A DNA stretch of 64,000 nucleotides, from the NCBI GenBank assembly GCA_965221165.1, contig CBDCRP010000003.1, positions 1,440,001 to 1,504,000 on the forward strand, given 5' to 3'. The position numbers were made by a program, and so were the translations under genes. Origin of the DNA: a bacterium. Its GTDB lineage: Bacteria > UBA8248. Below are positions 48,571-59,717 of this stretch, one piece after another. Under the pieces are notes generated by a model that did not search any database, was not told the DNA's origin, and saw nothing but the letters and a program-made list of their open reading frames with translations. The first letter of the stretch is position 1; each line of letters begins with the position of its first letter.

Positions 48571-49554
48571 GTGGGCTCCCCCGTAGCTGTAGTGGGCGCC
48601 GGCATGATGGGCCACGGCATAGCCCTTCACTGCGCAATCGCAGGCGCAAGCGTCACCCTGACGGACCGGGATCCGGCTCGACTCGAATCCGCCTTAAAGT
48701 GGATGGAGGGCGACCTGCGCATTCTACGAGAACACGGCCTGGCTCCTTCCGAGAGCCCGTCTCCACTTGCCGAGCGCCTATCTCTCGTAGCGAGCGTCGA
48801 GGAAGCGGCGGCGGAGGCCCGGTTCGTCTTCGAGGCGGTATATGAAGATTTGGACGCCAAACAAGGCGTCTTTCGAGTTCTGGATGAGCACGCCTCACCC
48901 CAAGCCGTGCTCGCCACGACCACCTCATCGCTCCGCGTGGCGGACATCGCCACGGCAGTTGCCGATCCCGGCCGCGTGCTCGGCGCCCACTGGGCGAACC
49001 CCCCGCACATTCTCCCGCTCGTGGAAGTGGTTCTCGGCCCTGCTACGAGCGAGGAGACCCATATCGCGCTCCTTGCTTTCCTGAAGAAAATCGGCAAGGC
49101 CCCCGTCTCCTGCCGGGACGTCCCCGGCTACATCGTCAACCGCCTGCAGTACGCCATGCTGAACGAAGCCGTCAGCCTGGTGGAGCGAGGACTCACCACT
49201 CCCGAAGACGTGGACGAGGCCGTCCGGCACGGCTTCGGAATCCGCCTGGCCTGCAAGGGGCCGTTCGAATGGAACGATCTCCTCCACGACGCCGACATCA
49301 CGCTGAACGTTTTCGAGAACCTCTACAAGGCCGAAGGCGACGCCAAGTTCAAGCCCTCCCCCTGGTTGTTGGAGCGACTCGAACGAGGCGAACTGGGGCT
49401 CTCCACTGGAAAGGGGTGGCGCGACTATGGAGGACGCTCGCGAGAGGAACTCATTCAGGAAAGGGATACGGTGGTTCTGCGAGCGGTCCGGGCCTTACAA
49501 GAGTTGGGGATCATCCAGGGCGCGTCCACGGGCCGGACGGATCAACCATCCTAG
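48571..49554 (+). CDS. 3-hydroxyacyl-CoA dehydrogenase family protein
   Basis: VVGAGMMGHGIA, EAVYEDL..K, HWANPPH..PLVEVV and PGYIVNRLQ. Confidence 0.92.
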   Translation: MGSPVAVVGAGMMGHGIALHCAIAGASVTLTDRDPARLESALKWMEGDLRILREHGLAPSESPSPLAERLSLVASVEEAAAEARFVFEAVYEDLDAKQGVFRVLDEHASPQAVLATTTSSLRVADIATAVADPGRVLGAHWANPPHILPLVEVVLGPATSEETHIALLAFLKKIGKAPVSCRDVPGYIVNRLQYAMLNEAVSLVERGLTTPEDVDEAVRHGFGIRLACKGPFEWNDLLHDADITLNVFENLYKAEGDAKFKPSPWLLERLERGELGLSTGKGWRDYGGRSREELIQERDTVVLRAVRALQELGIIQGASTGRTDQPS

Positions 49555-49590
49555 AAACGTCCAGCAACGCCATGTTTTTTATCGATCGCC

Positions 49591-51129
49591 TCATCCGGCA
49601 TCCTCATCCTCGATGAGGCACACCTCCGGCGCCAGCCCCATGAGAGAGGCCAGCGCCTCGAAACGGCGCAAGACGACTTCGCCCAGCATGTTGCGGTCGC
49701 GGCGGCGGCAATTCAGCCTCAACTCGCTCCGGCGCGGCGCGGATTTGAGCGAAAAGCGCTCCAGCACCCCGGGCACGCCACCACACAAAGTCTCGCCCAG
49801 GCGCACGGCCGAGCCGATGATTCGCGCGCGCCCGGCGGTCTGCTCGTCCAGCAGCCTCTCGACGGTGCGCAATTCGCCGTGGGTCCCGCGGCTCGTATAG
49901 CGACCGAAAACGGCCAGGGCGAGAAACACCCGCTCCTGGTGGCTGACGTGTAAGGCGCGCGCATGCAGCACCTCGGCGCCGGCCTGGGCGGCCCGGTAGT
50001 CGGGGTGCGCCCGCCAGCCGACGTCGCTGAGCAGGCAGGCGGCATGGCGCAACCGGCGCTCCGGCGCAGTCTCTTCATCAAAGAGATTTTGCGTCCACTC
50101 GAACAGTTCGGGGCCGTGTTCGGGAAACCGGGCGATTCGGGCGGAGATGTCGCGCACCGCGCTGAGCAGCGGATCCTTACGTCGGTGGCGCTCCCCCAGC
50201 CGCTCGTAAGCCAGCCCCTCGCGCAAACCATGCGCGGAGAAAACGACGTCGCGCGGCTCGGCGGCGCTCAGCACCCGATCCATCACCAGCGCGGCGAGCG
50301 GCAACAAATCGAGCCGCCTGCTCGATACACCCCTGATCCCCGTCAACGACTCGCGGCTCTGCCGGGCGACCAGACCGGCGATTTTCGTGAGATCGCCGCA
50401 GCGCAACCGATAATGGTGAATGATGTTGAGCGGATAACCCGAATGCGCCATATGGGCGTGCGCCAGGGCCCGCCAGTTGCCGCCGACGGCGTAGAAGGCG
50501 CGCCCGCGCATCTTGCCGAGCCAGGGCAGTTCGGCGAGGGCCTCGTCGACGACCTTGCGCGCGAGCTTGCGCCTGCCGCCCGAGGCGGCGAAGAGATTGA
50601 GCGGTCCGAGAGGCAGCGTCGCCTGCTCTGCGATTTCCCCATCGACCAGATGGACCAATTCCAAGCTGCCGCCCCCGAGGTCGCCCATGACGCCGTCCGC
50701 CTCAGGGCTACCGCTCAACACGCCGAGGGCCGCCATCTCCGCTTCTTCGGCGCCCGAGAGCACGCGCACGCGAAAACCGCAGCGCCGCTCCACCTCGGCG
50801 ACGAACTCAGCCCCATCCTCGGCGTCTCGCACAGCCGCGGTGGCGATGGCGTCGAAGCGCGCCACGCCCATCGCGCGCAGCAACACCCCGAAGCGATCGA
50901 GATTGACGAGCGCCTGATCGATGCCTTCCGGATCGAGCCGGCCGGTGTCGTGCAGGTTGCGGCCCAGGCCGCACAAGATTCTTTCGTTGAACAAGGGCAG
51001 GGGTACGCGCCTAAGGCCCTCGAACACGACAAGGCGGATCGAGTTCGAACCAATGTCGATGACGCCGTAGCGCTCCCCGGCGTCGGTCCCCTCTTCCAAA
51101 GGACCCGGTTGTTCAGCCGTCTTCCGCAA
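49591..51129 (-). CDS. ppx: Exopolyphosphatase Ppx/GppA
   Basis: [26 protein letters not shown] and GLREG. Downstream of ppk. Confidence 0.93.
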   Translation of the reverse strand: MRKTAEQPGPLEEGTDAGERYGVIDIGSNSIRLVVFEGLRRVPLPLFNERILCGLGRNLHDTGRLDPEGIDQALVNLDRFGVLLRAMGVARFDAIATAAVRDAEDGAEFVAEVERRCGFRVRVLSGAEEAEMAALGVLSGSPEADGVMGDLGGGSLELVHLVDGEIAEQATLPLGPLNLFAASGGRRKLARKVVDEALAELPWLGKMRGRAFYAVGGNWRALAHAHMAHSGYPLNIIHHYRLRCGDLTKIAGLVARQSRESLTGIRGVSSRRLDLLPLAALVMDRVLSAAEPRDVVFSAHGLREGLAYERLGERHRRKDPLLSAVRDISARIARFPEHGPELFEWTQNLFDEETAPERRLRHAACLLSDVGWRAHPDYRAAQAGAEVLHARALHVSHQERVFLALAVFGRYTSRGTHGELRTVERLLDEQTAGRARIIGSAVRLGETLCGGVPGVLERFSLKSAPRRSELRLNCRRRDRNMLGEVVLRRFEALASLMGLAPEVCLIEDEDAG

Positions 51130-53272
51130 TACGCAACCTCGCCGGGCCGCCGGCCCGCCTGAGCGCGCTTCCGCGACCGGACAGACTCGGATTCGTCATG
51201 AAATAGGTGTGCGCCGTAAAATCTTCTTCGCCGCGCGGCGCGCGCTCGTAGCCGCCGTCGCCGGACATGGTCCAGCTCTGCGCATCGTCCTTGAAATTGG
51301 CCACCATGATCTGCTCGAGCACTTGTTGATGCACGGTTTCGTTCTCTATGGGCACCAGCACCTCGCAGCGGCGATCAAAATTGCGCGGCATCCAGTCCGC
51401 CGAGGTCATGAACACCTTCGCATGGGGCGAGGGCAGCGGGTGGCCGTTGGCGAAACAGACGATGCGCGAGTGTTCGAGAAAGCGCCCGATGATGCTCTTG
51501 ACCCGGATGTTCTCGGACAACCCCGGCAGGCCCGGACGCAGACAGCAGATGCCGCGCACCACCAGATCGACCTGCACGCCTGCGGCGCTCGCCTGGTAGA
51601 GCTTGTCGATGACCGTCCCGTCGACCAGCGAGTTCATCTTCGCCCAGACAGCGGCGGGCCGGCCGGCCTCGGCGTTAGCTATCTCCTCGTCAATCATCTT
51701 CAGTACGCATTTTCGCAAACCCGAGGGCGCCACGGCGACGCACTCGAAGCTGCGCGGCAGCGCATAGCCGGTGGTCAGGTTGAACACCTGCGCGGCGTCG
51801 TGGGCGAGCCGCTCATCGCAGGTAAAAAACGACAGGTCGGTATAGATCCGCGCGGTGATCGGATGATAATTGCCCGTGCCGAAATGCACGTAGCTGCGCA
51901 GGTCGTCGCCCTCGCGCCGCACGACGCAGGTGACCTTGGCGTGGGTCTTGAGCTTCATGAAGCCGTAGACCACGTGGACGCCGGCGCGCTCCAATGATTG
52001 GGAGAGCTTGAGGTTGGTCTCCTCGTCGAAGCGCGCCTTGAGCTCGACCAGCGCGGTGACCGATTTGCCCGATTCCGCCGCCGCGATGAGCGCCTTGACT
52101 ATCGGCGACTCCGCGGTCGTGCGGTAAAGCGTTTGTTTTATCGCCAGCACGTTCTGGTCGGCCGCCGCCTGTTCGAGAAACTGCACCACCACGTCGAAAC
52201 TCTCATAGGGGTGGTGCACGACGATGTCCTTCTGGCGAATCGCCGCGAAGCAATCGTTGTCGTACTCGCGGATGCGCTCGGGGAAGCGCGCCTGGTAGGC
52301 CGTAAAAATCAAATCCGCCCGCCCGCAATCGATCAACTCGCCGAGTTGCGCCATGCCGATCGTGCCGGTCAACTCCACGATGTCATCGGGCTGCGCGTCG
52401 AACTCGTTTATCACCAGCTCACGCAGCGAGTCCGGCACATCGGCGCTCAGGCTCAGGCGCACCACGCCGCCGAGCCGGCGGCGGCGCAACATGGTTTCGA
52501 ACAAGAGCACGAGGTCTTCGGCCTCTTCTTCGTACTCGATGTCGCTGTCGCGGATCAGGCGGAACACGCCGCTGCCGACGATTCGGTAGCCGGGGAACAA
52601 CTGGTCGATGAACAAGCGCACCAGATCCTCCAGCGCGATAAAGCGGACCTCCTCCCCCGGCAGGCGGGCGAAGCGGCGCACCTGAGCGGGCAGGGGAACC
52701 AGCGCCCGCATCCTGCGCGCCCCCTCGGTGGCTTCTAATTCGAGCGCGAGGGAGAAGCCGCGATTGGCGATGAACGGAAACGGGTGCGCCGGGTCGATGG
52801 CCAGGGGCGTCAGTACGGGAAAGACCTGCTTCAGGAAATAATCGCCCAGCCAGGCCACCTCCTCGGCGCTCAGGTCTTTCGCGGTGACCACCGAGATGCC
52901 GGCCTCGGCGAGTTCGCCTTGCAAGAGCGCCCACACCGCCTCCTGCTCGTGAATCAGCCGCGCGCTCTCCTGAACGACTTCGACCAACTGCTCGGCGGGC
53001 GTACGGCCATCGAGGCTCTTCTGGGTAACGCCGTTGGCCACCTGGCCCTTGAGACCCGCGAGGCGCACCATGAAGAATTCATCGAGGTTGCTGGCCGATA
53101 TCGACAAAAAGCGCAGTCGCTCCAGCAGGGGGTGTCGGTGGTTGCTCGCCTCGGCGAGCACGCGCCAGTTGAAGCCGAGCCAGGAGAGCTCCCGATTCAG
53201 ATAGCGGCGGCGCGGATCGAGGATCGGCTCGGCGGCGACGAATGAGGATTCCTCTTCGGCCAGGGGCGTCAT
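51113..53272 (-). CDS. ppk1: Polyphosphate kinase 1
   Basis: [48 protein letters not shown] and GRFLEH. Confidence 0.96.
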   Translation of the reverse strand: MTPLAEEESSFVAAEPILDPRRRYLNRELSWLGFNWRVLAEASNHRHPLLERLRFLSISASNLDEFFMVRLAGLKGQVANGVTQKSLDGRTPAEQLVEVVQESARLIHEQEAVWALLQGELAEAGISVVTAKDLSAEEVAWLGDYFLKQVFPVLTPLAIDPAHPFPFIANRGFSLALELEATEGARRMRALVPLPAQVRRFARLPGEEVRFIALEDLVRLFIDQLFPGYRIVGSGVFRLIRDSDIEYEEEAEDLVLLFETMLRRRRLGGVVRLSLSADVPDSLRELVINEFDAQPDDIVELTGTIGMAQLGELIDCGRADLIFTAYQARFPERIREYDNDCFAAIRQKDIVVHHPYESFDVVVQFLEQAAADQNVLAIKQTLYRTTAESPIVKALIAAAESGKSVTALVELKARFDEETNLKLSQSLERAGVHVVYGFMKLKTHAKVTCVVRREGDDLRSYVHFGTGNYHPITARIYTDLSFFTCDERLAHDAAQVFNLTTGYALPRSFECVAVAPSGLRKCVLKMIDEEIANAEAGRPAAVWAKMNSLVDGTVIDKLYQASAAGVQVDLVVRGICCLRPGLPGLSENIRVKSIIGRFLEHSRIVCFANGHPLPSPHAKVFMTSADWMPRNFDRRCEVLVPIENETVHQQVLEQIMVANFKDDAQSWTMSGDGGYERAPRGEEDFTAHTYFMTNPSLSGRGSALRRAGGPARLRIAEDG

Positions 53273-53761
53273 GCTCTGCGTCCTCTTCGAGAACCTCGCG
53301 GGACATATCGGCTCAGGCGCCGCCAACCCGGCCGAACCATCCAAAACGACCGGATTGATTCGGCGACGCCGCCTCGGTGACGAGCGCATTCTAATCCGCG
53401 CGAACGGCTGAATGCAATGGAGGGTGGGGGGGGGGAGTTTCAGGATTCAAGGGGTTTTGTTGTACTCGGTGGTGAATTCAAAGACAGGACTACATCAGAA
53501 TGTACGGGGCAGCCTCATACCGCGACAACTTCGTCCCTGACGAGATGCAGCCTGGCTACTCTGGCGTCATAGCCGCCTTCGACGGCTTCTGTGACTTCGA
53601 AGATTACTTCGCTCTGTTTCATCATTAGCCTCCAACCCGTCGGGAGTGGATATCATCTTAGAGGTGTTATAAGTCCGCACGTAGGTGAAACCACAAAATA
53701 GGTGACGTAGAATCAAGGGCCAAATTGAAGTAGTCGCGATTTCAATACGATGAGGAAAACA

Positions 53762-55800
53762 ATGTCAGCCCGTAAAATGACCAATGAGCCGGAATTTCAA
53801 GGACAGGTGATAGTTTGGCTCAACGAAGAGATAGCAAAGCGACCCGGAATTCCAGTCGAGAAAGCAACGCAAGAAAAACCTCGTTCCTCGTCTGGGAAAC
53901 GTAGCGATCTCATTATTTGGTTCGACCGCATTAGCGAATCTGCATTCCTTACTTTAGAGTTAAAAACACCTACAACATACATAAACGATCCTGAATTCTT
54001 TACCGACGCAATCGAGAAAGCTCGACACTGGAACGCGCCATACTTTGCACTTTGGAATATGCAGGAGTTAGAAGTCTATTCTACACCCCCAATGGAACGA
54101 GCCGTTCTCCCTACTGACGCAATCACACGATCATCCTTGTCACCTGCCATTACCAAGGTTGAAAATTGGCTTAAGCCAGCATTTACAAAAGAGTTGCGAA
54201 CTAAAGCTATCGATATATTGAACACAGCCTTAGAGCACTATACTAGAGACTCCACCACCGGACACGCAATTGATAGCGAGATATTCGTTAATCGACTGAC
54301 AGCCACAATTCACCAAATTCGCGAAATCTTGCATCGTGACCTTGCCAAAGCTGCGGCTACCGACGGCAAGCTGCGACGCAAAATCAACAGGATTGCCGCC
54401 GAGCAAGGGTTCAAAGGATTCGTTGAAGACATTGTTATGCAGTGGCCGGACAAATTGGGTACCGTTTCGTAGGCCAGATCCTCTTTTACTTCGCCCTCAA
54501 GCGCAAGATTCCAACACTGAAGCAACTGAAGCTCACGGCAGGAGACGTACTCCCATCTGCTTTTCAACCATACTGGAATGACGTCCGCCGTTATGATTAT
54601 GAAGCACTTTTCAAACCGGAACCTATCGACTCAATAATACCGATTGCTGAAGAAGTAACAAGGCTTATCTCACACTTGGCTGACTATCTGTCTAATTATG
54701 ACTGGGCCTCGTTAACCGACGATGTGCTCGGGTCCATTTTTGAACACTTGATACCTGAGGAAGAACAGATACTCCTTGGCCAATTTTATACTTCACGGAC
54801 AGTCGCCGATCTTCTCGTTGCTTTCACTGTAGACGGTGATCGTCCACTTGTGCTTGATCCAGGTTGCGGTAGTGGTACGTTTCTGATGTCTGCCTATAGC
54901 TACCTCGCTCACACTGCCGCACTTTCCCACAAGGAACTTCTACCAACCATCTGGGGATTTGATATCAGTCCCTTCGCTGCAGAACTGGCTGTGATCAATA
55001 TGTACCGCCAAGACATGTCGGAATTTGAAAACTTTCCCAGAATTGTTCCTGGAAACTTTTTTGATCGTTTGCCTGGTGAGTCGGTGGAATTCCCCGCGCC
55101 GCGCATTCCATCTGAGACAAAGAAAATTCCTGTACCTATTCCGCATTTCGATTGTATCGTCGGCAATCCACCGTATCTACGTTCGCAAAATCAGGATGAT
55201 CTCGACCCAACGTACCAACGCCAGTTATTCAGTGCAGCCGCGAAGGCCGGTATAAAGGCATCTTCGAAGACAGATCTATTTGCGTTTTTCATTTACCACT
55301 CTATGAAGTTCATGAACTTGGGTTCGCGAATAGGCTTCGTAACACCCGCGAGTTGGCTGACAGCAAATTATGCCCGCTCTCTCCAAGAAATGCTTCTTGG
55401 CGAAATCAGATTATCCGTGGTCTTGGCATCAACAGCAGAATCATTCTTTCCTCAGGTGGATGTGAATACTGTCCTGTTGGTAGCAGAGAAAGTAGATCGA
55501 AAGACTAAAGATAAACCTATTCGTTTTGTAACCCTAAAGCATCCGATCTCAGAACTTACGGCCGGCAGCAAACCCCACTGGACGCGAATAACAGAACTTG
55601 TCGATGAAATCGAAATTTCTAATGTTTCCGTCGAAAACAACCGCTATCGAATTAAATGTGTAGACCCTTCAAAGGAACGGGCAGCAATGGCAACTCAAAA
55701 TAAAACCGCTTTGAACTGGTCGAAATATATCCGTGCTCCAATCTCATACTACGAGATTTTCGAAGGGGATTTGGGATGTTCACCTCAATATCAGAGATAG
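53762..55800 (+). pseudogene. Type IIG-like fused restriction endonuclease/N6-adenine methyltransferase, split by a frameshift near 54430
   Basis: PD-(D/E)xK-like RSDL...LELK in ORF 53750..54472. GQFYT, VLDPGCGSGTFL and IVGNPPY in ORF 54442..55800. The two ORFs overlap in different frames. Low GC. Confidence 0.72.
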
Positions 55801-57161
55801 CTAAGGTCTCTCTAGGATTTAAGTCACTACAAAATCAATTTTATTATTTAAATAAGACAACTATTGACACCTATGGGATTGAATCCCGTTTTCTTAAGCC
55901 GCTTTTGAAACTTCGAGATATGAACTCTAATCTCTTTTTTCAGAATCCTGGCATTCCACAATGGTTGTTTGACTGTCAGATATCTAAGAATGACCTGCGA
56001 GGTACGGGAGCTCTGAAATACATTGAAGCTATGGCCGACCGAAGGGCCACACGAAAAAAACAGTCCGGGAAATTGAAAACAATTTACGAAACGCTAGAAG
56101 CACAAGGAGGTAGCATTTGGTATGCACTCAAAGCTCGCCCGCACAAGCATCACGTCTGGCTTCGCAAGGGGATAAATGGCGTGTTTTCGCCTTTATTGTT
56201 CTCTACTCCGACCTTGCTAGATCAACGACTTAATAGCCTTACGCCAGCCACCGGCATCGAATGGAAAGAACTGGCAGCCGTTCTCACAACTTCTTTGTTT
56301 AGTTTTAGTGTTGAAATAAATGGTTCTGCCGGTATGGGAGCTGGTGTCTTGGAAGCGGCTACGACAAAAGTACAGAAATATCCAGTCCTCGACATTCGAC
56401 AACTCTCGGAGAAGCAAAGGGGAGAGCTTGTTATGCTCGCTGAAGCAGTCTGGAAAAATGAATCTCCTGTGGACTGGTCACACGCCGCTCCCACACCTGG
56501 CACAGCCCTCGCTGCCCTCGACAAGTGGGCACTTGATGTCATTGGTAGTGATGTACCCATCCAGAGGCTCTACGATGACCTGAAACAGGCATGTCATTCG
56601 AGAATCGCCCTCGCCAAAGACAAAACTAAAAAGACGAAAAAGCAACAACAGGACAATACCGGAAGGGTTGCACAAGCAATCACTAAAGTCGTGGAGGTGA
56701 CGGTAAAGTCTCGCAATTTTCCCGAAGACTTCGTTGAGGACGCAGAACTCGATGTCGAGTTTAATTTCGACCGCTCATCTTTGCGAACGATAACAATATT
56801 GCCACTGATAGACATACATCAGATCAAGATTACTAATTCCAACGGTGATGTAGTTTTCGATAAAAACTATTCACATCCAGTTTCTGAAGCCCTGATTAGA
56901 GCTATCCTGTGGGGTCGATCAAATTTTAGACTCAAAGATGATCGTGAATTGATGATCGCTGCAGTCTCAGATTTCATAACTTTCGTTTCGGATTTTGAAA
57001 AGAAAATTGACGAGATGGTTGCTGAGTCGGCTCTGGGAACCGGCTACGAAAAACGACTCAAGGATGAAGTTTTTGAGCAACTGGGAATACACCCCCTCGC
57101 AGGAATAAACATATTACCGCTGCAGATAACGCTTGCGATCAGCAGATATACAACCAAGTGA
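55776..57161 (+). CDS. Putative specificity (TRD-like) subunit of the R-M system
   Basis: Overlaps the MTase stop. G.K....FYY and E..G....G.GVL....P.LD patterns resemble type IIG C-terminal regions. Low GC. Confidence 0.55.
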   Translation: MFTSISEIAKVSLGFKSLQNQFYYLNKTTIDTYGIESRFLKPLLKLRDMNSNLFFQNPGIPQWLFDCQISKNDLRGTGALKYIEAMADRRATRKKQSGKLKTIYETLEAQGGSIWYALKARPHKHHVWLRKGINGVFSPLLFSTPTLLDQRLNSLTPATGIEWKELAAVLTTSLFSFSVEINGSAGMGAGVLEAATTKVQKYPVLDIRQLSEKQRGELVMLAEAVWKNESPVDWSHAAPTPGTALAALDKWALDVIGSDVPIQRLYDDLKQACHSRIALAKDKTKKTKKQQQDNTGRVAQAITKVVEVTVKSRNFPEDFVEDAELDVEFNFDRSSLRTITILPLIDIHQIKITNSNGDVVFDKNYSHPVSEALIRAILWGRSNFRLKDDRELMIAAVSDFITFVSDFEKKIDEMVAESALGTGYEKRLKDEVFEQLGIHPLAGINILPLQITLAISRYTTK

Positions 57162-57247
57162 ATTTCCCTCTTTTGTGTAATGCGACCTAGTTCGTCAGTC
57201 AAAGACTGTTACACCAGGACGGCTTGTTGAAAGACACCCATTTCTGA

Positions 57248-57307
57248 TGGAGGCGGCGGGAATCGAACCCGCGTCCGCAAGGCTTCCGTCGTGAGCGTCT
57301 ACGCGCG
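57248..57307 (-). repeat. Perfect 60-bp duplicate of the tmRNA 3' end (att-like site)
   Basis: Identical to 58468..58527. The terminal CCA reads TCA in this copy. Confidence 0.95.
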
Positions 57308-57308
57308 C

Positions 57309-58124
57309 CTATTCATCAAGCCGCACACTCTGTACGATGTATCCGCCGGACTTCTTGTCGTATTCCAGATCCAGCATCCCTCGGGCTTTCGCGTCTTCCA
57401 GTAGGTGCTTGAACGTTTTGTATCCGTGATAGGATTCGCTGAATCCCGGTTTGCGGCGTTTCAGGGCCTGCTTCACCATCGATCCCCAGACCTTTTCTTC
57501 CTCGCCCCGCTCCCGGGACAAGTCCTCGGTCGTCTCCAGGACCAGATTGAGCCCTTCCAGCCGTTTTTCCTCGTCGCCGTCGATGACTTTCTTTCTTCCG
57601 GCGCCGGCGGTCGGCCGTTTCCGTTTGGCCTTTCCCTGTTTTTCGGATTCGCGCATCAAGTCGTCGTAATAGATGAACTCGTCGCAGTTCGAGGTCAGCA
57701 AGTCGGAGGTCGAGTTCTTTACGCCGACGCCGACGACGACCTTGTTGTTCTCGCGGAGCTTGCTGACCAAAGGCGAAAAATCGGAATCGCCGCTGATAAT
57801 CACGAAGGTATCGACGTGCGCCTTGGTATAGCAGAGGTCCAATGCGTCGACTACCATGCGAATGTCGGCGGAGTTCTTGCCGGACATGCGGACGTGCGGT
57901 ATGTCGATCAACTCGAAGGCCGCCTCGTGCATGGGAGCCTTGAATTCCTTGTAACGCGCCCAATTGCAGTAGGCTTTCTTTACGACGATGCTGCCCTTGA
58001 GCAGTATGCGCTCCAGCACCCTTTGAATATCGAAAGCCGCGTATTTGGCGTCGCGAACGCCAAGGGCGATGTTTTCGAAATCGCAAAACAGGGCCATGTT
58101 CTGAATGGTGCTTTTTTCGGTCAT
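57309..58124 (-). CDS. NYN domain (LabA/DUF88) protein with C-terminal OST-HTH/LOTUS domain
   Basis: DFEN, GKNSADIRMVVDA, ISGDSDF.PL, CDEFIYYD and C-terminal PGFSESYHGY.TF..LL. Confidence 0.92.
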   Translation of the reverse strand: MTEKSTIQNMALFCDFENIALGVRDAKYAAFDIQRVLERILLKGSIVVKKAYCNWARYKEFKAPMHEAAFELIDIPHVRMSGKNSADIRMVVDALDLCYTKAHVDTFVIISGDSDFSPLVSKLRENNKVVVGVGVKNSTSDLLTSNCDEFIYYDDLMRESEKQGKAKRKRPTAGAGRKKVIDGDEEKRLEGLNLVLETTEDLSRERGEEEKVWGSMVKQALKRRKPGFSESYHGYKTFKHLLEDAKARGMLDLEYDKKSGGYIVQSVRLDE

Positions 58125-58464
58125 CTCGACTCTCGTTCGCTCGGCGGCGCATGGCGCTTATCCGCCCCGGCCGCGCTCGGCGACGGTGGTGAAGCAACCG
58201 CCCGAACCGCTGCGCAAGAACTTCGCGCCATCCGCCAAGCCGATTCGTGGATACAGCGGCAACCCACCTTGTCGCATGGATCGGGGCGAAGAGGCAATTC
58301 GCCCTTTCCCAAGCCCGGCGTCACGAGATGCGCTCGCTATGCCCACCCCGGCCATGACGCAAGACGAGACGCTGCCGGGCTTATCGAGGATCACGCCGCG
58401 AGGGCGGTCCATTCCCCCCGGCAGGGGGAGAGGAACACATGCAATGGAAACACAAAAGGTTGAA

Positions 58465-58825
58465 TGGTGGAGGCGGCGGGAATCGAACCCGCGTCCGCAA
58501 GGCTTCCGTCGTGAGCGTCTACGCGCGTAGCCGGTGGTAAGGGTTTCGCCCGATCTCAAGCCCACCGGCGGGCCATCCTCCGGGCTAGTCCGATTAGAAT
58601 TCGCCTAGCAGGCTCCGGACCGAAACCTGGGTCGGCTAGTCCGCATCATGACGCTCCACACCTCCCCCGCGGACGAGGCGAGGGGGAACGCTCGCTAGCG
58701 TTTAAGCAGCGAGAGCCAGCTCGTTGTCGGCTGGTGTGATTTTGCCACATTGATAACGGGGCCAAGTGGCGTCCCCGGCGCGCAGCTCAGACTTCAAATC
58801 CTCCCGTCGAAACCGGATCGCCCCC
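58465..58825 (-). ncRNA. ssrA: tmRNA
   Basis: 5' GGGGGCGATCCGGTTTCGAC and 3' GGTTCGATTCCCGCCGCCTCCACCA ends. Tag reading frame ADNELALAA* at 58731..58702. Next to smpB. Confidence 0.97.
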
Positions 58826-58886
58826 ATGAGAGATGAACCTCGCGCCCGGGGCGGCGATCATCGCCCCGCGCCCGATGCAGAATACG

Positions 58887-59093
58887 CTATTTCCGCCTCC
58901 TCCACATTTTCGGGTAGAAGACGTAGCTCAGGTACGCGGCGGGGAGCAGGAATATCAGCCAGAGCCAGAGCAGCCGGCCCTCGAAGGCTCCCGGCCAGGT
59001 GGCGCCGACGGCCAGACCGAACGCGGCCATCGAGATTTTGAGCAGACTCACCTGCCACCAGCGCATCGTATAGTCTCTGAACATGTTCATCAT
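58887..59093 (-). CDS. Small 2-TM membrane protein
   Basis: ATGA overlap with the smpB stop. Two hydrophobic segments and a basic tail. Confidence 0.65.
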   Translation of the reverse strand: MMNMFRDYTMRWWQVSLLKISMAAFGLAVGATWPGAFEGRLLWLWLIFLLPAAYLSYVFYPKMWRRRK

Positions 59094-59557
59094 CCCCGGT
59101 TCCTCTCCCTCAGCGCGCGCTCGATCTCGCGATTAGCGGCGCGTTTTTTGAGCTCCTCGCGGCGATCATGGAACTTCTTGCCCTTGCCCACGCCGATCTC
59201 CACCTTCGCGCGGCCCCGGGCGAAGTACATCTTCATCGGCACGAGCGTCATGCCCCTCTCGTTCACCCGGCCGATGAGGCGCCCGATCTCGCGCTTGTGA
59301 AGCAGGAGCTTTCTCCGGCGCGTGGGCTCGTGATTATTGATGTTGCCGTGCCCGTAGGGGCTGATGTGGCAATCGACCAGCCAGGCCTCGCCGTCGATGA
59401 TGTCCCCGTAGCTCTCCTTCAGGTTCGCGCGGCCCTCGCGAAGCGCCTTCACTTCCGTGCCCGTGAGGACGAGGCCCGCCTCGTAGGTTTCATCAATCGC
59501 ATAATCGGCGCGGGCGCGCCTGTTCTCCGCAACAATCTTGATGCCGCCCGCCATCAT
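59090..59557 (-). CDS. smpB: SsrA-binding protein
   Basis: NRRAR..Y, EAGLVLTGTEVK.LR, R.RKLLLHKREI and GKK.HDRR. Confidence 0.97.
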   Translation of the reverse strand: MMAGGIKIVAENRRARADYAIDETYEAGLVLTGTEVKALREGRANLKESYGDIIDGEAWLVDCHISPYGHGNINNHEPTRRRKLLLHKREIGRLIGRVNERGMTLVPMKMYFARGRAKVEIGVGKGKKFHDRREELKKRAANREIERALRERNRG

Positions 59558-59717
59558 CCACTCCACGAAACCCAAGAAAAAGAAAGAGGAGCGCATCGCT
59601 CCCCGCGTCTCCCTCATATCGAGAAACAATATAGCCCCTCACGAAATTTTTCGCCACAGGGAAAATTCACGGGATAGACGGCAGACCGGGATCAGGAAAC
59701 GCAAACCGCTCAGGGGA

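Noticed and set aside
53417-53445. TGGAGGGTGGGGGGGGGAG as a degenerate third tmRNA att site at the left edge of the R-M island
   Set aside because: Only about 6 nt (TGGAGG) match and the rest is a G run. The position is suggestive but the match is too weak.
57245-57307. A separate tRNA gene
   Set aside because: Only a T-arm and the 3' acceptor strand are present, identical to the tmRNA end. There is no 5' half or anticodon arm.
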